A model generated the notes under the pieces. That model worked only from the letters and a program-made list of their open reading frames with translations. It had not been told where the DNA came from and made no database searches. This document shows positions 20,125 to 30,182 of a DNA stretch of 64,000 bases, in pieces. The translations under genes and the position numbers were made by a program. Each line of letters begins with the position of its first letter. Within the stretch, counting starts at the first letter, position 1. Source of the DNA: Acidimicrobiia bacterium (GTDB lineage Bacteria; Actinomycetota; Acidimicrobiia; Spongiisociales; UBA11373); NCBI GenBank assembly GCA_016215655.1, contig JACRIT010000004.1, positions 13,492 to 77,491 of the forward strand, given 5' to 3'.

Positions 20125-20150
20125 GCACCAGGCAACGGGTAACGCCTAGC
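20125..20150. repeat. short copy of the heptamer element (GGCAACGGGTAACG, reverse of the TTRCCCG units)
   Basis: Between convergent stops of the FAD oxidoreductase and the M3 peptidase. Confidence 0.45.
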
Positions 20151-22089
20151 TCGCCGCTATCCCCATCAGCTTCAAGAACGCCTCCTGGCTCGGTTCACGG
20201 CCGAGGAAGTCCCGCAGGAGATCCATCGGGTCCCGTGAGCCACCGGGGGCGAGCACCTTGGATCGATAGTCGGCGCCGACGGTGGGGCTGACCACGCCCT
20301 CCGCCTGGAACCGGCTGAACATGTCATCGCCGTAGACCTTGGCCCACAGATACCCGTAGTACCCGGCGTCGTAGCCGAACAGGTGACCGAACGACGCCGG
20401 ATAGAAGGTGCCCTCCTGGAAGGGGAACCCGGCGATCTCGGAGGTGGTCTTCGTGATGGCGTCGAGATCCTTCTCGGCTCCCGGGCCGTGGAATGCCATG
20501 TCGAGCGCTCCGAAGGACACCTGACGCAGCATGGCGAGGGCGATGTGCAGGTCGCGCGCCGCCACGAGCTGTTCGACCAGGTCGTCGGGGATGGGGGCAC
20601 CGGTTTGGTGATGGCGGGCAAAGCGCCGCAACACATCGGCGTTCCAGCACCAGTGCTCCATGATCTGTGATGGTGCCTCGACGAAGTCCCACTCGGTGTT
20701 GTACCCGGCGAAGCGCGCCAGCTGGGTATGACCGAGGCTGTTGTGCAGCACATGACCGAACTCGTGGAAGAGCGTCACCACCTCGTCGTGGCGTAGCAGC
20801 GACGGGGCCGTGGCACTCGGCTTTGTGAGGTTGGCGAGAATCGCGGTCACGGGGAGCACATACCCCTCGCCCTCGGCGCGGGCCGAGCGGAGGTCGAACG
20901 CGGCGGCGTGACCGAACTTCCCCTCCCGGGGGAACAGGTCCATGTAGAAGGTCGCCAGCATGGCGCCATCCCCGGCGTCGAGGATGTCGTAGGCGACGAC
21001 ATCGGGATGCCATGCGGCCAGCTCCGGGTGCTTGCGGTACTCGAGTCCGAGCACCTCCCCGGTGATGGCGAACATGCCGTCGAGGACCTGCTGGAGCGGG
21101 AAGTACGCCGCCACCTGGGAGGGGTCGACGCCGAACCGTTCACGGCGGATCTTCGTGTGGAGGTAGCGGTGATCCCACGGCTCCAGGTCGTCGCTGCCGA
21201 GGGCGGCGGCGAGATCGGCGAGCTCCTCGCGGGCCTTTGCGGTGAGGCCGGGGACGATGCCGGCGTAGAGGCGTTCCACGGCGGCGGGCTCCTTTGCCAT
21301 CTTCAACTCCATGGCGTAGTGGGCCCAGGAGGCGGCACCGAAGATCTCGGCGATGCGCTGGCGCAGCCGGATGGCTTCGGCAAGCAGCGGACGGTTGATG
21401 TCGACGGCCTTGTTGAAGAACTTGAATTGGAGTGCCCGCCGGAGCTCCCGATCGTGGGCCTGGTCCATGAACGGGTAGTAATCGGGGTAGTCGAGACTGA
21501 CGCGATAGGTCCCCGGCTCCTTGCCGGCGGCGAGCCGGGCGAGCGCGTCGTCGGGCAGGCCGGCGAGCTGGTCTTTCGTGAGGTCGAGTCCATCTTCGAA
21601 CTCGTCGATGTTGCGGGAGAAGGCGACTTCGAGCTCGACGAGCCGAGTACGGTGGCGCTGCACCTCCCCACGAGCCTCCGCCGACAGCCCATGGCCGGCG
21701 CGGCGGAAGTCGCGCCGGGTGAATTCCAGGAACCGCCTGCGCTCGTCCCCGAGTGCCGCCGCCTCGGGAGTGGCCGCGAAGGCCTCGATGGCTTCGTACA
21801 GGTCGCGGCGGAACACGAGGTCGGATTGCCATTTGGAGAGCGTCTCTTCCGCCGCCTGGGCAGCCTCGCGAACCGCCCGATCCGGGTGGGCGCGAGCCAT
21901 GAACGGACCCTTGCCGTAGGCGTCGACCATGCGTGCCCCGAGCCGGTCGAGTGGGGCCATGGTGCGGTCCCAGGTGGGGGCCGGGGAGGAAGCGACGATG
22001 CCGGCGACGAGCTCTTCGCCGGCGACGATGGCGTCGGCGACCGCAGCCGTCACCGACTCGGGTGTCGTGGTGGTGTAGTCGTGGAGCAC
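20146..22089 (-). CDS. M3 family metallopeptidase (oligopeptidase A / dipeptidyl carboxypeptidase-like)
   Basis: HEFGH zinc motif and M3 fold over about 650 aa; start uncertain. GTG at 22089 chosen; the track ORF starts at 22260, which would overlap the upstream gene by 117 nt. Confidence 0.75.
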   Translation of the reverse strand: MLHDYTTTTPESVTAAVADAIVAGEELVAGIVASSPAPTWDRTMAPLDRLGARMVDAYGKGPFMARAHPDRAVREAAQAAEETLSKWQSDLVFRRDLYEAIEAFAATPEAAALGDERRRFLEFTRRDFRRAGHGLSAEARGEVQRHRTRLVELEVAFSRNIDEFEDGLDLTKDQLAGLPDDALARLAAGKEPGTYRVSLDYPDYYPFMDQAHDRELRRALQFKFFNKAVDINRPLLAEAIRLRQRIAEIFGAASWAHYAMELKMAKEPAAVERLYAGIVPGLTAKAREELADLAAALGSDDLEPWDHRYLHTKIRRERFGVDPSQVAAYFPLQQVLDGMFAITGEVLGLEYRKHPELAAWHPDVVAYDILDAGDGAMLATFYMDLFPREGKFGHAAAFDLRSARAEGEGYVLPVTAILANLTKPSATAPSLLRHDEVVTLFHEFGHVLHNSLGHTQLARFAGYNTEWDFVEAPSQIMEHWCWNADVLRRFARHHQTGAPIPDDLVEQLVAARDLHIALAMLRQVSFGALDMAFHGPGAEKDLDAITKTTSEIAGFPFQEGTFYPASFGHLFGYDAGYYGYLWAKVYGDDMFSRFQAEGVVSPTVGADYRSKVLAPGGSRDPMDLLRDFLGREPSQEAFLKLMGIAAS

Positions 22090-22142
22090 GGGGGCGAGGT
22101 TACCGTCGGTCGGCCCGGACTCGTTTGGCTCGTCGCGCCGAA

Positions 22143-23729
22143 TCAGCCATCGAACTCGCCGATCCCGTACATGAACCCATCGCGGTTGCCCACGTAGATC
22201 ATTCCCTTCCACACGGCTGGAGTGGCCTCGACGTTTCCGGTGCCCACCTTGAAGCTCCACACCAAGCTCGGGCTCCGCGGGTTGCCGAGATCGAACCGGC
22301 GGAGGACCCCATCGTTCGAGGCCACGACCAATTGGTTGTCGACGATCACCGGTGAAGCCCAGGAACCCGGGCTGAGCGTGTAGACCCAGAGCTCCTCACC
22401 TGTCGCCTGATCGACGGCGACGAGGTATCCCTTGTGCGTGACCGCGTAGATCACGCCGTCGCCGAGGGCCGGCGTCGACCAGAGCCCTCCCTTGTTCGGG
22501 GACTCCGTGAGCGAGTACATGCCCCACACCCACGGGTTGTCCGGGTTGTACGGATCGAGCTTGATGAGCTGCCCGACCTCGCGAGCTCGGGGGAGATATC
22601 GCTCGTATTCGGCAGAGACGTAGATGAACCCCTCCTGGTCCACGAAGATGGTGGCGTCGACATCGTCGCCCACCCAGTAGTCGAACACCACCTCGGGGTC
22701 GTTGCCGATCTCGAGGCCGGTGATGTCGAGCCCGATGACGCGGCCTCCGGAGTTGGCGAAGTACACCCTGCCCTCGTACATCGCGGTGGAGTTCTCCACG
22801 CTCACCGCTGGGTACGTCGAGCCGATGGCGGAAAGCAGCTCGTCGGTCCAGGTCTCCATCTCGAAGACGACCTCCGGGCTGAGGCTCACCAGCCCGAGGC
22901 TGTCATAGCCGCGATTGAGCTTGAAGATGTAGTAGATCGAGTTCTCGCCGCCTTCGAACATGAAGTCGTTCATGATGAGCGGGCTCGAGTCCCAGTCGTC
23001 GTTCCAGCGTCCGGTCCCGGTGGCGTCGAACTCCCAGATCACCACCGGGTCGGAGCGATCGAGGGCCACGGCGCGGATCTTGTTGTCGCGGCTGCCGAAG
23101 TAGACGATCGGATACCCGTCGGGATCGATGGTCGGTGTGCCTTTGATGATGTCGCCGGTGAGGATGGGCGATCGGGTGCGGGTGCCGGTGTCGGCGTCGA
23201 TGAAGTGCAGCCGTCCGTCATAGGCGCCGAAGATCATCTCGGTGACGCGATCGGGCCGCTCCCAGATGACGGGCTGACCCGTCCAGCCATTGCCGCACCA
23301 CGTCGCAGTCACCCCCAGGTCCGTCGACGTGGAGCACATCGCCGTGTCCGGGTAGGTCCACTTCAGGTCGGGTGCATCGGGAACCGGCCCCTCGCCGTAG
23401 TAGGTCCGTGTCGGATTGCCCCGAAAGGTGAGCAGACCCTCGACCTCGGTGCCGTAGGGGGCGCCCACGAACCGGGAGTCGCTCCACGCGCTGAAGGCCT
23501 CGCCGGGGAGCGTCGTGGTGGTGGTGCCGGGAACGGTCACCAGCGTGGTGTCGGTACCCGTGGTGGCGTCGGTCGACGGCGTGGTCAGGGTCGTGAAGGC
23601 CTCGATGGGAGTGGTCGTTGGTGACCCTTCTCCGTCCGCGGCGAAGACCCAGAACGACATCACGCTCGAGACCAGCAGCAGACCGCCAACGGCCGCGCCG
23701 ATCTGCCAGGGATGCCGGTGGGGCCGCAT
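22143..23729 (-). CDS. PQQ-like beta-propeller repeat protein, membrane-anchored
   Basis: N-terminal TM segment, Thr-rich linker, then repeated PQQ/WD-like blades (BamB-like propeller); internal ATG at 23729 chosen. Confidence 0.65.
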   Translation of the reverse strand: MRPHRHPWQIGAAVGGLLLVSSVMSFWVFAADGEGSPTTTPIEAFTTLTTPSTDATTGTDTTLVTVPGTTTTTLPGEAFSAWSDSRFVGAPYGTEVEGLLTFRGNPTRTYYGEGPVPDAPDLKWTYPDTAMCSTSTDLGVTATWCGNGWTGQPVIWERPDRVTEMIFGAYDGRLHFIDADTGTRTRSPILTGDIIKGTPTIDPDGYPIVYFGSRDNKIRAVALDRSDPVVIWEFDATGTGRWNDDWDSSPLIMNDFMFEGGENSIYYIFKLNRGYDSLGLVSLSPEVVFEMETWTDELLSAIGSTYPAVSVENSTAMYEGRVYFANSGGRVIGLDITGLEIGNDPEVVFDYWVGDDVDATIFVDQEGFIYVSAEYERYLPRAREVGQLIKLDPYNPDNPWVWGMYSLTESPNKGGLWSTPALGDGVIYAVTHKGYLVAVDQATGEELWVYTLSPGSWASPVIVDNQLVVASNDGVLRRFDLGNPRSPSLVWSFKVGTGNVEATPAVWKGMIYVGNRDGFMYGIGEFDG

Positions 23730-23803
23730 GACCACGAAGTGTATGGGCGGATGCGGACAACGGACCGTCACAGCGAAAGGCGACGGGACGTTGCCGATCC
23801 GTC

Positions 23804-24238
23804 TCAGGTCGTGGGGCGGCGTCGGATCATCCAGCGGTCGGGCCGCTCGAGGATCTCGAACCCGGCCCGACGGTAGAGATCGTGGGCATCGGCGGTGGCG
23901 AGGACGAAGCGCTGGATGCCCGCCAGGTCGGGGTGATCGACGGCCGCGGTCACCAGAGCCTTGCCGAGACCGCGGCCCCGATGGTCTGGGGTGACGAACA
24001 CGTCGCACAACCAGGCGAATGTCGCCCGATCGGTGACGACTCGCGCCATGCCGACCATGGTGCCGCGGTGATACCCGCCCAGGGTCAGGCTGTGGCGGAG
24101 GGAGCGCTCGACGACGGCGCGAGATCGTCCGCGCGCCCAATAGGACTCCTCGCTGAGCCATCGGAAGACGGTGTCGCCATCGACGAGGGCCGGGTCGTCG
24201 GACACGAGGTACTCACCCACCTCGGCCGAATACGTCAT
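23804..24238 (-). CDS. GNAT family N-acetyltransferase
   Basis: 144 aa with acetyl-CoA-binding motif RGRGLGKALV; start overlaps the ADH stop (ATGA). Confidence 0.75.
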   Translation of the reverse strand: MTYSAEVGEYLVSDDPALVDGDTVFRWLSEESYWARGRSRAVVERSLRHSLTLGGYHRGTMVGMARVVTDRATFAWLCDVFVTPDHRGRGLGKALVTAAVDHPDLAGIQRFVLATADAHDLYRRAGFEILERPDRWMIRRRPTT

Positions 24239-25254
24239 GGGATCACCATGAGCCGGCCCATAGCGGGCGACTCGCCCCGGCTGAGCGAGAGGATGGCGTC
24301 GGCGGCCTCCGCCAGCGTGGCCCGAGCCAACGGTGGCGACTGCAGCGATCCGTCGGCGAGGCCGGCGAGGACTCGTTCGGTGTCTCCGGGCAGGCTGCCG
24401 TATGACCCGCGCAGGGTGTACTCGAAGTTGGACCAGAGCACCGGGGGGAGGGTGACGAGCGGTTCCGGACCGACACCGACCGCCACGGCGCGGCCTCCGG
24501 GCCGGATCGACTTCACCGCCGCATCGACCGTGGCGGCGCGGCCCACGAACTCGAGGGCGACATCCACGCCGCCGTCGGTGAGCATCTTCACCGATCGGCC
24601 CAGAGAGCCCCCGGCCTCGACGAGGACGCAGTCGTCGGCCCCCAGGAGCGCCGCCCGGTCGAGGGCGGCCGGGTCGATGTCGGCGGCGATCACCCGTGCC
24701 GCTCCGAGATTGCGGGCGATCTGCGCGGCATAGGTGCCGAGGCCGCCGAGGCCGATCACGAGGACGGTTTCGCCGGGCTGCAGTGCCGCGGTACGGGTGA
24801 CGGCGTGAAGCGCGGTGGCCCCGGCATCGACCGCGGTGGCGGCGGCGGCGGGCTCCACACCGGTCGGAATGGGGACGACCGCAGCCACCGGAACCGACAC
24901 GGCATCGGCGAGGCCCCCATCGGCATGGATGCCGATCACCGTCGCCGATTCGCAGAGGTTGGGACGACCCTCGGAGCAGCGCCGGCAGGATCCGCACGAT
25001 GCGCCCACGGTCACCACCACCGCGATGCCGGGGCGAAGGCCCGAGGAGGCCGGGTCGTCGATCACGCCGGCGATCTCGTGACCCAGGGTGATCGGCACGT
25101 GTCCGGTGCGTGCGGTTCCGTCGAGGAAGTGGAGATCGGAACCACAGACCCCGCAGGCCATCACCGAGATCACCACCGTGTCGGGTGAGGGCCGGGGATC
25201 GGCGACGTCTTCGAGGCGGAGTTCGCCCGGACCATGAAAACGCAGTGCACGCAT
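24235..25254 (-). CDS. zinc-dependent alcohol dehydrogenase (MDR family)
   Basis: GHE..G...C...C zinc motifs and Rossmann GLGGLG; start at MRALRFHG. Confidence 0.8.
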   Translation of the reverse strand: MRALRFHGPGELRLEDVADPRPSPDTVVISVMACGVCGSDLHFLDGTARTGHVPITLGHEIAGVIDDPASSGLRPGIAVVVTVGASCGSCRRCSEGRPNLCESATVIGIHADGGLADAVSVPVAAVVPIPTGVEPAAAATAVDAGATALHAVTRTAALQPGETVLVIGLGGLGTYAAQIARNLGAARVIAADIDPAALDRAALLGADDCVLVEAGGSLGRSVKMLTDGGVDVALEFVGRAATVDAAVKSIRPGGRAVAVGVGPEPLVTLPPVLWSNFEYTLRGSYGSLPGDTERVLAGLADGSLQSPPLARATLAEAADAILSLSRGESPAMGRLMVIP

Positions 25255-25468
25255 GCCGGCAAGTGTCCCAGATGGCGCTGGCTGGGGCCGGACTAGTCCC
25301 GAGGCGTCTGGGGGAATGGCGAGGACCGAACACCCTGAGCGGTGTGTCAATCGGGCAACGTCCTGCCCATCGGTGGGGACACGACGAAGACGGTGTGCCG
25401 CACGGCGTCAGCGGCCGGAGTCGACCACGCTCTACGATGCCCGGCAACGCCGGGGAGGAGGGACCCGC

Positions 25469-26524
25469 ATGAGCAACATCGTCCACGTGGTCGGCACCGG
25501 CACGATCGGCGAGCCGCTGATCGGACTGCTCGCCGATCACGCCGCCGACTTCGGCATCGACGAGGTGTCGTTCCACAAGCGGACCCCGATGATCGAGGAG
25601 CGAGCCAAGGTCAAGGACCTCGTGGGACGCGGCGCCACCCTCGCGGTCGACGACGATCGTCGGGCCTCGTTCGAGGAGATCGGCCATGCACCCAAGCTGG
25701 GCACGATGGAGGCGATCGAGCGCGCCGCCGTGGTCATCGACTGCACGCCGGCGGGCAACGCCAACAAGCTCGAGTACTACCAGAAGGCGCGCGGACCCCG
25801 GGGGTTCCTCGCTCAGGGCTCGGAGTTCGGATTCGGGAAGATGTACGCGCGGGGGATCAATGACGAGGCCCTCGACCACGAGACCGATCGCTATGTGCAG
25901 GTGGTGTCGTGCAACACCCACAACATCGCGGTCCTCATCAGGACGCTGGCGATGGGTTCAGACGGCACGTCCCACCTCGAAAGCGGCCGATTCCTGTGCA
26001 TGCGGCGGGCGAACGACATCAGCCAGGACGGATCGTTCATTCCCAGCCCCAGCGTCGGGCGGCACGACGACCCGCGCTTTGGCACCCACCACGCCCGAGA
26101 CGCCCATCACCTCTTCGAGACCCTCGGCTACGACCTGCCGATCTTCTCATCTGCGGTGAAGCTCAACACCCAGTACATGCACGCCCTGCACTTCAGCCTC
26201 CAGCTCGACCGCGCCGTCACCGTCAAGGAGGCGATCGACCTCCTTGCCGCCAACCCCCGTGTGGCGCTCACCCACAAGCGGTCCGCCAACCAGATCTTCT
26301 CGTTCGGCCGCGACCACGGGTACTACGGGCGAATCCTCAGCCAGACCGTCGTGCCCATCGACACGCTGGCGGTGCGCAACGGGAACGAGCTGGTCGGCTT
26401 CTGTTTCACGCCTCAGGACGGCAATGCCTTGTTGTCGTCGATCGCGGCGACGCTGTGGTACCTCCACGGCGAGGTCGGCGACCGCCTCGAGGTGCTGCGG
26501 CGGTTCCTGTTCCAGGAGGTCTAG
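25469..26524 (+). CDS. type II (archaeal-type) glyceraldehyde-3-phosphate dehydrogenase-like NAD(P)-dependent dehydrogenase
   Basis: ATG after GGAGGAGGG; N-terminal GTGTIG Rossmann fold; VIDCTPAGNA and catalytic-Cys box VVSCNTHN line up with the archaeal GAPDH motifs VIDCTPEG and VVSCNTTG. Confidence 0.6.
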   Translation: MSNIVHVVGTGTIGEPLIGLLADHAADFGIDEVSFHKRTPMIEERAKVKDLVGRGATLAVDDDRRASFEEIGHAPKLGTMEAIERAAVVIDCTPAGNANKLEYYQKARGPRGFLAQGSEFGFGKMYARGINDEALDHETDRYVQVVSCNTHNIAVLIRTLAMGSDGTSHLESGRFLCMRRANDISQDGSFIPSPSVGRHDDPRFGTHHARDAHHLFETLGYDLPIFSSAVKLNTQYMHALHFSLQLDRAVTVKEAIDLLAANPRVALTHKRSANQIFSFGRDHGYYGRILSQTVVPIDTLAVRNGNELVGFCFTPQDGNALLSSIAATLWYLHGEVGDRLEVLRRFLFQEV

Positions 26525-26553
26525 GAGGCTCAGCGGATAGGGAGCCCCGGAAT

Positions 26554-26585
26554 CTGAAGCCAGCCCGATCCTGGGCTGGCTTCAG
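26554..26585 (+). terminator. GC-rich hairpin (13-bp stem ctgaagccagccc / gggctggcttcag) downstream of the GAPDH-like gene
   Basis: Perfect inverted repeat 30 nt after the stop codon; no U-tract, as is common in high-GC actinobacteria. Confidence 0.4.
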
Positions 26586-26680
26586 ATCGAACCAGCGCCC
26601 CATCCGCAGAGCCTCTCGAGCGCCAACCGGCTCCTTGCCCCAGGCAATGCAGACCCTTCAGGCCGGCCAGGAGTCGGCCG

Positions 26681-27691
26681 ATGACAGGTGGAGTCATGTC
26701 CACCGAGGTCCACCGCGGTTCCGGATCATTGCTGACACCCGGCCATCCCCAGCCGACGATCAGCGCCGCCCGTGACCTCGCCGTGGTCACCGTGGCGGTG
26801 TGGCTGGCGGCGTTCGTCATCCACCACTTTCGCATTCCCGAAGCGCTCGATGCGTGGAACCGGGCACACGAGCAGTGGGCCATCGACGAAGTCACGCTGG
26901 TGTCGTTGTGCGCCGTCGCCGGTCTCGGGGTGTTCTCGTGGCGGCGCTGGCAGGAGTCGTTGCGCACCATCGCACGGCACCAGGCGACGCTGCAGCGGCT
27001 TCGCACGACCGAGAGTGAGATCGCCTCGAAGGACCAGCTGATCCGCACGGTGTCCCACGAACTGCGAACCCCGCTGACCGCCATCCTCGGGTACGCCGAA
27101 CTCCTCGGCGAGTCACGGGATCGGTCGGTCGACCGCGACGAGATGATCACCACCATCCTCCGGCAGGGTCGTGACCTCTCCGACATCGTCGAAGATCTCC
27201 TCACCCGGGCACAGAGCGAGGCGAAGACCCTCAAGGTCGTGGCCGTGCCGGTGAATCTCGTGGCCAATGTCAACCAGGTGCTCGAGTCGTGGAACTCTGC
27301 GGAGCGTGCCCGCGTCACCGTTTCCGGCTCACCCGCCGGAGCCGTCGGGGATCCTGCCCGGGTCCGCCAGATCGTGCGTAATCTGCTCACGAACGCGTTG
27401 CGTTACGGGGCGGGAGCCATCGAGGTCGCCACCGGTGTCCGAGCCTCGGGGGCGTGGCTCGCCGTCTCCGATGAGGGCCCCGGCATTCCCGCCGAGGAGG
27501 CCGAGCGGGTGTTCGAGCCCTATCACCGCGTCGGCGTCGCTCCGACCGCACCGGGGAGCATTGGTCTCGGCCTGGCGATCTCGCGCGAGTTGGCACGCCT
27601 CATGGGCGGGGACCTCACCTATCGGCGCGTGCGGGGTCGGACGGTGTTCGAACTCGGTCTGCCAGTGAATCCGGAGTACGGGGCCGATTGA
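26681..27691 (+). CDS. sensor histidine kinase (orphan)
   Basis: TM N-terminus, HisKA H-box SHELRTPL, and an HATPase_c domain; no response regulator adjacent. Confidence 0.75.
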   Translation: MTGGVMSTEVHRGSGSLLTPGHPQPTISAARDLAVVTVAVWLAAFVIHHFRIPEALDAWNRAHEQWAIDEVTLVSLCAVAGLGVFSWRRWQESLRTIARHQATLQRLRTTESEIASKDQLIRTVSHELRTPLTAILGYAELLGESRDRSVDRDEMITTILRQGRDLSDIVEDLLTRAQSEAKTLKVVAVPVNLVANVNQVLESWNSAERARVTVSGSPAGAVGDPARVRQIVRNLLTNALRYGAGAIEVATGVRASGAWLAVSDEGPGIPAEEAERVFEPYHRVGVAPTAPGSIGLGLAISRELARLMGGDLTYRRVRGRTVFELGLPVNPEYGAD

Positions 27692-27699
27692 GCCGGCGG

Positions 27700-27927
27700 C
27701 TACGTCTTGTAGCGCCACACGATGCGGCCACGGCTCGGGTCGTAGACCGAGAGGTCGAGATCGACCTTGTCACCGGGAAGAATGCGGATGTAGCGTCCGC
27801 GGCGCATCTTGCCGGACGCACGCGCCAGCACCTCGAGACCGCCCTCGATCTCGACGCGGAACATGGCGTTGGGAAGGGTCTCGAGGACCGTTCCCTGCAC
27901 GCGTACGACGTCGTCCTGTTTCGTCAA
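27700..27927 (-). CDS. infA: translation initiation factor IF-1
   Basis: 75 aa matching IF-1 ([13 protein letters not shown]...GKMR..YIRIL.GDKV); TTG start after AGGGAG. Confidence 0.85.
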   Translation of the reverse strand: MTKQDDVVRVQGTVLETLPNAMFRVEIEGGLEVLARASGKMRRGRYIRILPGDKVDLDLSVYDPSRGRIVWRYKT

Positions 27928-28004
27928 CGAAGCTCCCTGCCGCGGGCGACGTTGCGCCCGATGGACACAACTCTCCCACTGTGCGCGGTGCTGGTCAAAC
28001 ACGA

Positions 28005-28451
28005 TCAGAGGCGATCGGCCTCGTCGAGGGCGGCGACCTGGGCTGCGATCTCGTCCTCGGTTCGACCTGCGGTCGGCACCACGGCCACCTGCGCTCGGCC
28101 GCGGAGGGGGAGGTGGGCAGCCTCCCCGACGACGATGAGCCGGGTGACCCCGGCGTCATCGGCGGCGCGGAGCCACCCCACCACCGCATCCGCCGGGGTG
28201 CCGAACGACAGGAGGCGACCGTCGGTGGCGGCGGCAGTCACCACGACCGCGGTGAAGGCTCCGGTCGCCGCCCCTCCCACGTGGGATGCGTCGCTGAGGT
28301 CGCCGACCGCGACCTTGATGCCGCGACTCCGCCAGGCCTCGGCCTCATCGGGCGCCGAGACGAATGCCCGGACTTCGCCACCCCCTTGGGCGAGGCGGTG
28401 CACGATCGCACGACCGGCGGGGGTGTCGGCTCCGATCACGATCACCGGCAT
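28005..28451 (-). CDS. NAD(P)-binding domain protein (short NmrA/SDR-like)
   Basis: N-terminal [15 protein letters not shown] Rossmann motif; 148 aa. Confidence 0.5.
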   Translation of the reverse strand: MPVIVIGADTPAGRAIVHRLAQGGGEVRAFVSAPDEAEAWRSRGIKVAVGDLSDASHVGGAATGAFTAVVVTAAATDGRLLSFGTPADAVVGWLRAADDAGVTRLIVVGEAAHLPLRGRAQVAVVPTAGRTEDEIAAQVAALDEADRL

Positions 28452-28702
28452 GCGAAAAGACTAGGACCGGGATGGAAAACCCAAGGAAATCAACGAAAAC
28501 TCCCGGGGCCATGAGCTGACCCGAGGTGGGTTGGCACCACATAGCGGGGGGAAGGTGTTGTAATAGAGGTGAGCGGTCGGCGCCGGACACGGATCGGTCT
28601 TCCCCCACTCCCCAGTTCCGTGCCGGCGCTACCGCTTATTTCCCCCTTGTGTCGGTGCCACCCCCTGCCACAATCCCTGGTTCACGACACGGATGGAGTC
28701 AC

Positions 28703-30109
28703 ATGGCCAAGGCCAACATCGATCTCGGGAAGTACCAGCTGGGCTGGTCGGACACCGAGGCCGAGTACGTCTTCAAGCCCAAGAAGGGCTTGAACGAGGC
28801 CATCATCCGCGAGATGTCCGCCATGAAGCGCGAGCCCGCCTGGATGCTCGCCTTCCGGCTCAAGGCCTACGAGCGGTTCCTGCGCAAGCCGGTTCCCACC
28901 TGGGGCGGCGGAGGCATGCTCGACGAGATCGACTTCGACGACATCTACTACTACATCAAGCCGATGGAGGGCCAGGCGAAGGACTGGGACATGGTGCCCG
29001 AGTCCATCAAGAACACCTACGAGAAGCTGGGGATCCCTCAGGCCGAGCGCAAGTATCTCGCCGGCGTCACCGCCCAGTACGAGTCGGAGGTCGTCTACCA
29101 CCGCAATCGGGAGGACCTCGAGGGCCTCGGCGTGCTGTTCTGCGACATGGACACCGCGCTGCGCGAGTACCCCGACATCGTTCGACAGTACTTCGGGACG
29201 ATCATCCCTCCCAACGACAACAAGTTCGCCGCGCTGAACTCGGCGGTGTGGTCCGGGGGATCGTTCATCTACGTACCGCCTGGGGTCCATGTCGATCAAC
29301 CGCTTCAGGCGTACTTCCGCATCAACGCCGAGAACATGGGCCAGTTCGAGCGCACGCTGATCATCGTCGATGAGGGGGCCTACTGCCACTACGTCGAGGG
29401 GTGCTCTGCCCCGACGTACTCGAGCGACTCGCTCCACTCCGCGGTGGTGGAGATCGTGGTGAAGGCGGGCGGCCGGTGCCGGTACACGACGATCCAGAAC
29501 TGGTCGAACAACGTCTACAACCTGGTCACGAAGCGTGCTGCCGCCTACCGCAATGCCACGATGGAGTGGATCGACGGGAACCTGGGGTCGAAGCTGACCA
29601 TGAAGTACCCGGCCGTCTGGCTGATGGAAGAGGGCGCTCACGGCGAGGTGCTCTCGATCGCCTTCGCCGGCAAGGGCCAGCATCTCGATGCCGGGGCCAA
29701 GATCGTCCATGCCGCTCCCCGCACGACGTCGCTGATCACCTCGAAGTCCATCTCGAAGGATGGGGGTCGCGGCGGATATCGCGGGCTGGTCCGGGTGGAA
29801 AACGGCGCCGAAGGGGTGAAGTCGTTCGTCCGCTGTGACGCCCTCATCCTCGACGACAAGAGCCGGTCCGACACCTACCCGTACATGGAGATCGAGGAGG
29901 CCGATGCCCAGATCGGCCACGAGGCCACGGTGTCGAAGGTGGGCGACGACCAGTTGTTCTACCTGATGAGCCGCGGGCTCACCGAGCCTCAGGCGACGGC
30001 GATGATCGTGGCGGGCTTCATCGAGCCGATCGTCAAGGAGCTCCCCATGGAGTACGCCGTCGAACTCAACCGCCTCATCGAACTGCAGATGGAGGGGTCG
30101 GTCGGCTAG
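28703..30109 (+). CDS. sufB: Fe-S cluster assembly protein SufB
   Basis: ATG after GGATGGAG; canonical SufB sequence over the full length. Confidence 0.9.
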   Translation: MAKANIDLGKYQLGWSDTEAEYVFKPKKGLNEAIIREMSAMKREPAWMLAFRLKAYERFLRKPVPTWGGGGMLDEIDFDDIYYYIKPMEGQAKDWDMVPESIKNTYEKLGIPQAERKYLAGVTAQYESEVVYHRNREDLEGLGVLFCDMDTALREYPDIVRQYFGTIIPPNDNKFAALNSAVWSGGSFIYVPPGVHVDQPLQAYFRINAENMGQFERTLIIVDEGAYCHYVEGCSAPTYSSDSLHSAVVEIVVKAGGRCRYTTIQNWSNNVYNLVTKRAAAYRNATMEWIDGNLGSKLTMKYPAVWLMEEGAHGEVLSIAFAGKGQHLDAGAKIVHAAPRTTSLITSKSISKDGGRGGYRGLVRVENGAEGVKSFVRCDALILDDKSRSDTYPYMEIEEADAQIGHEATVSKVGDDQLFYLMSRGLTEPQATAMIVAGFIEPIVKELPMEYAVELNRLIELQMEGSVG

Positions 30110-30182
30110 GAACCCGGTCTCCGGTCACCAGGCCGGACTGGAGACTGGTGACTGGTGACCTCTGGACGAGTAGCCTCGCCCG
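30110..30182. repeat. heptamer element 'F' (GACTGGW units)
   Basis: ggactggagactggtgactggtgacc immediately after the sufB stop. Confidence 0.6.

Noticed and set aside
22090-22260. Longer N-terminus for the M3 peptidase (track start 22260)
   Set aside because: Would overlap the upstream PQQ-propeller gene by about 117 nt on the same strand, and the extra residues are Arg-rich with no homology; the GTG at 22089 is preferred, but the start remains uncertain.
23804-25921. 705-aa ORF spanning the GNAT gene and antisense of the ADH gene
   Set aside because: Only the last 144 aa form the GNAT domain; the remainder overlaps the ADH gene, which lies in a different frame with clear homology.
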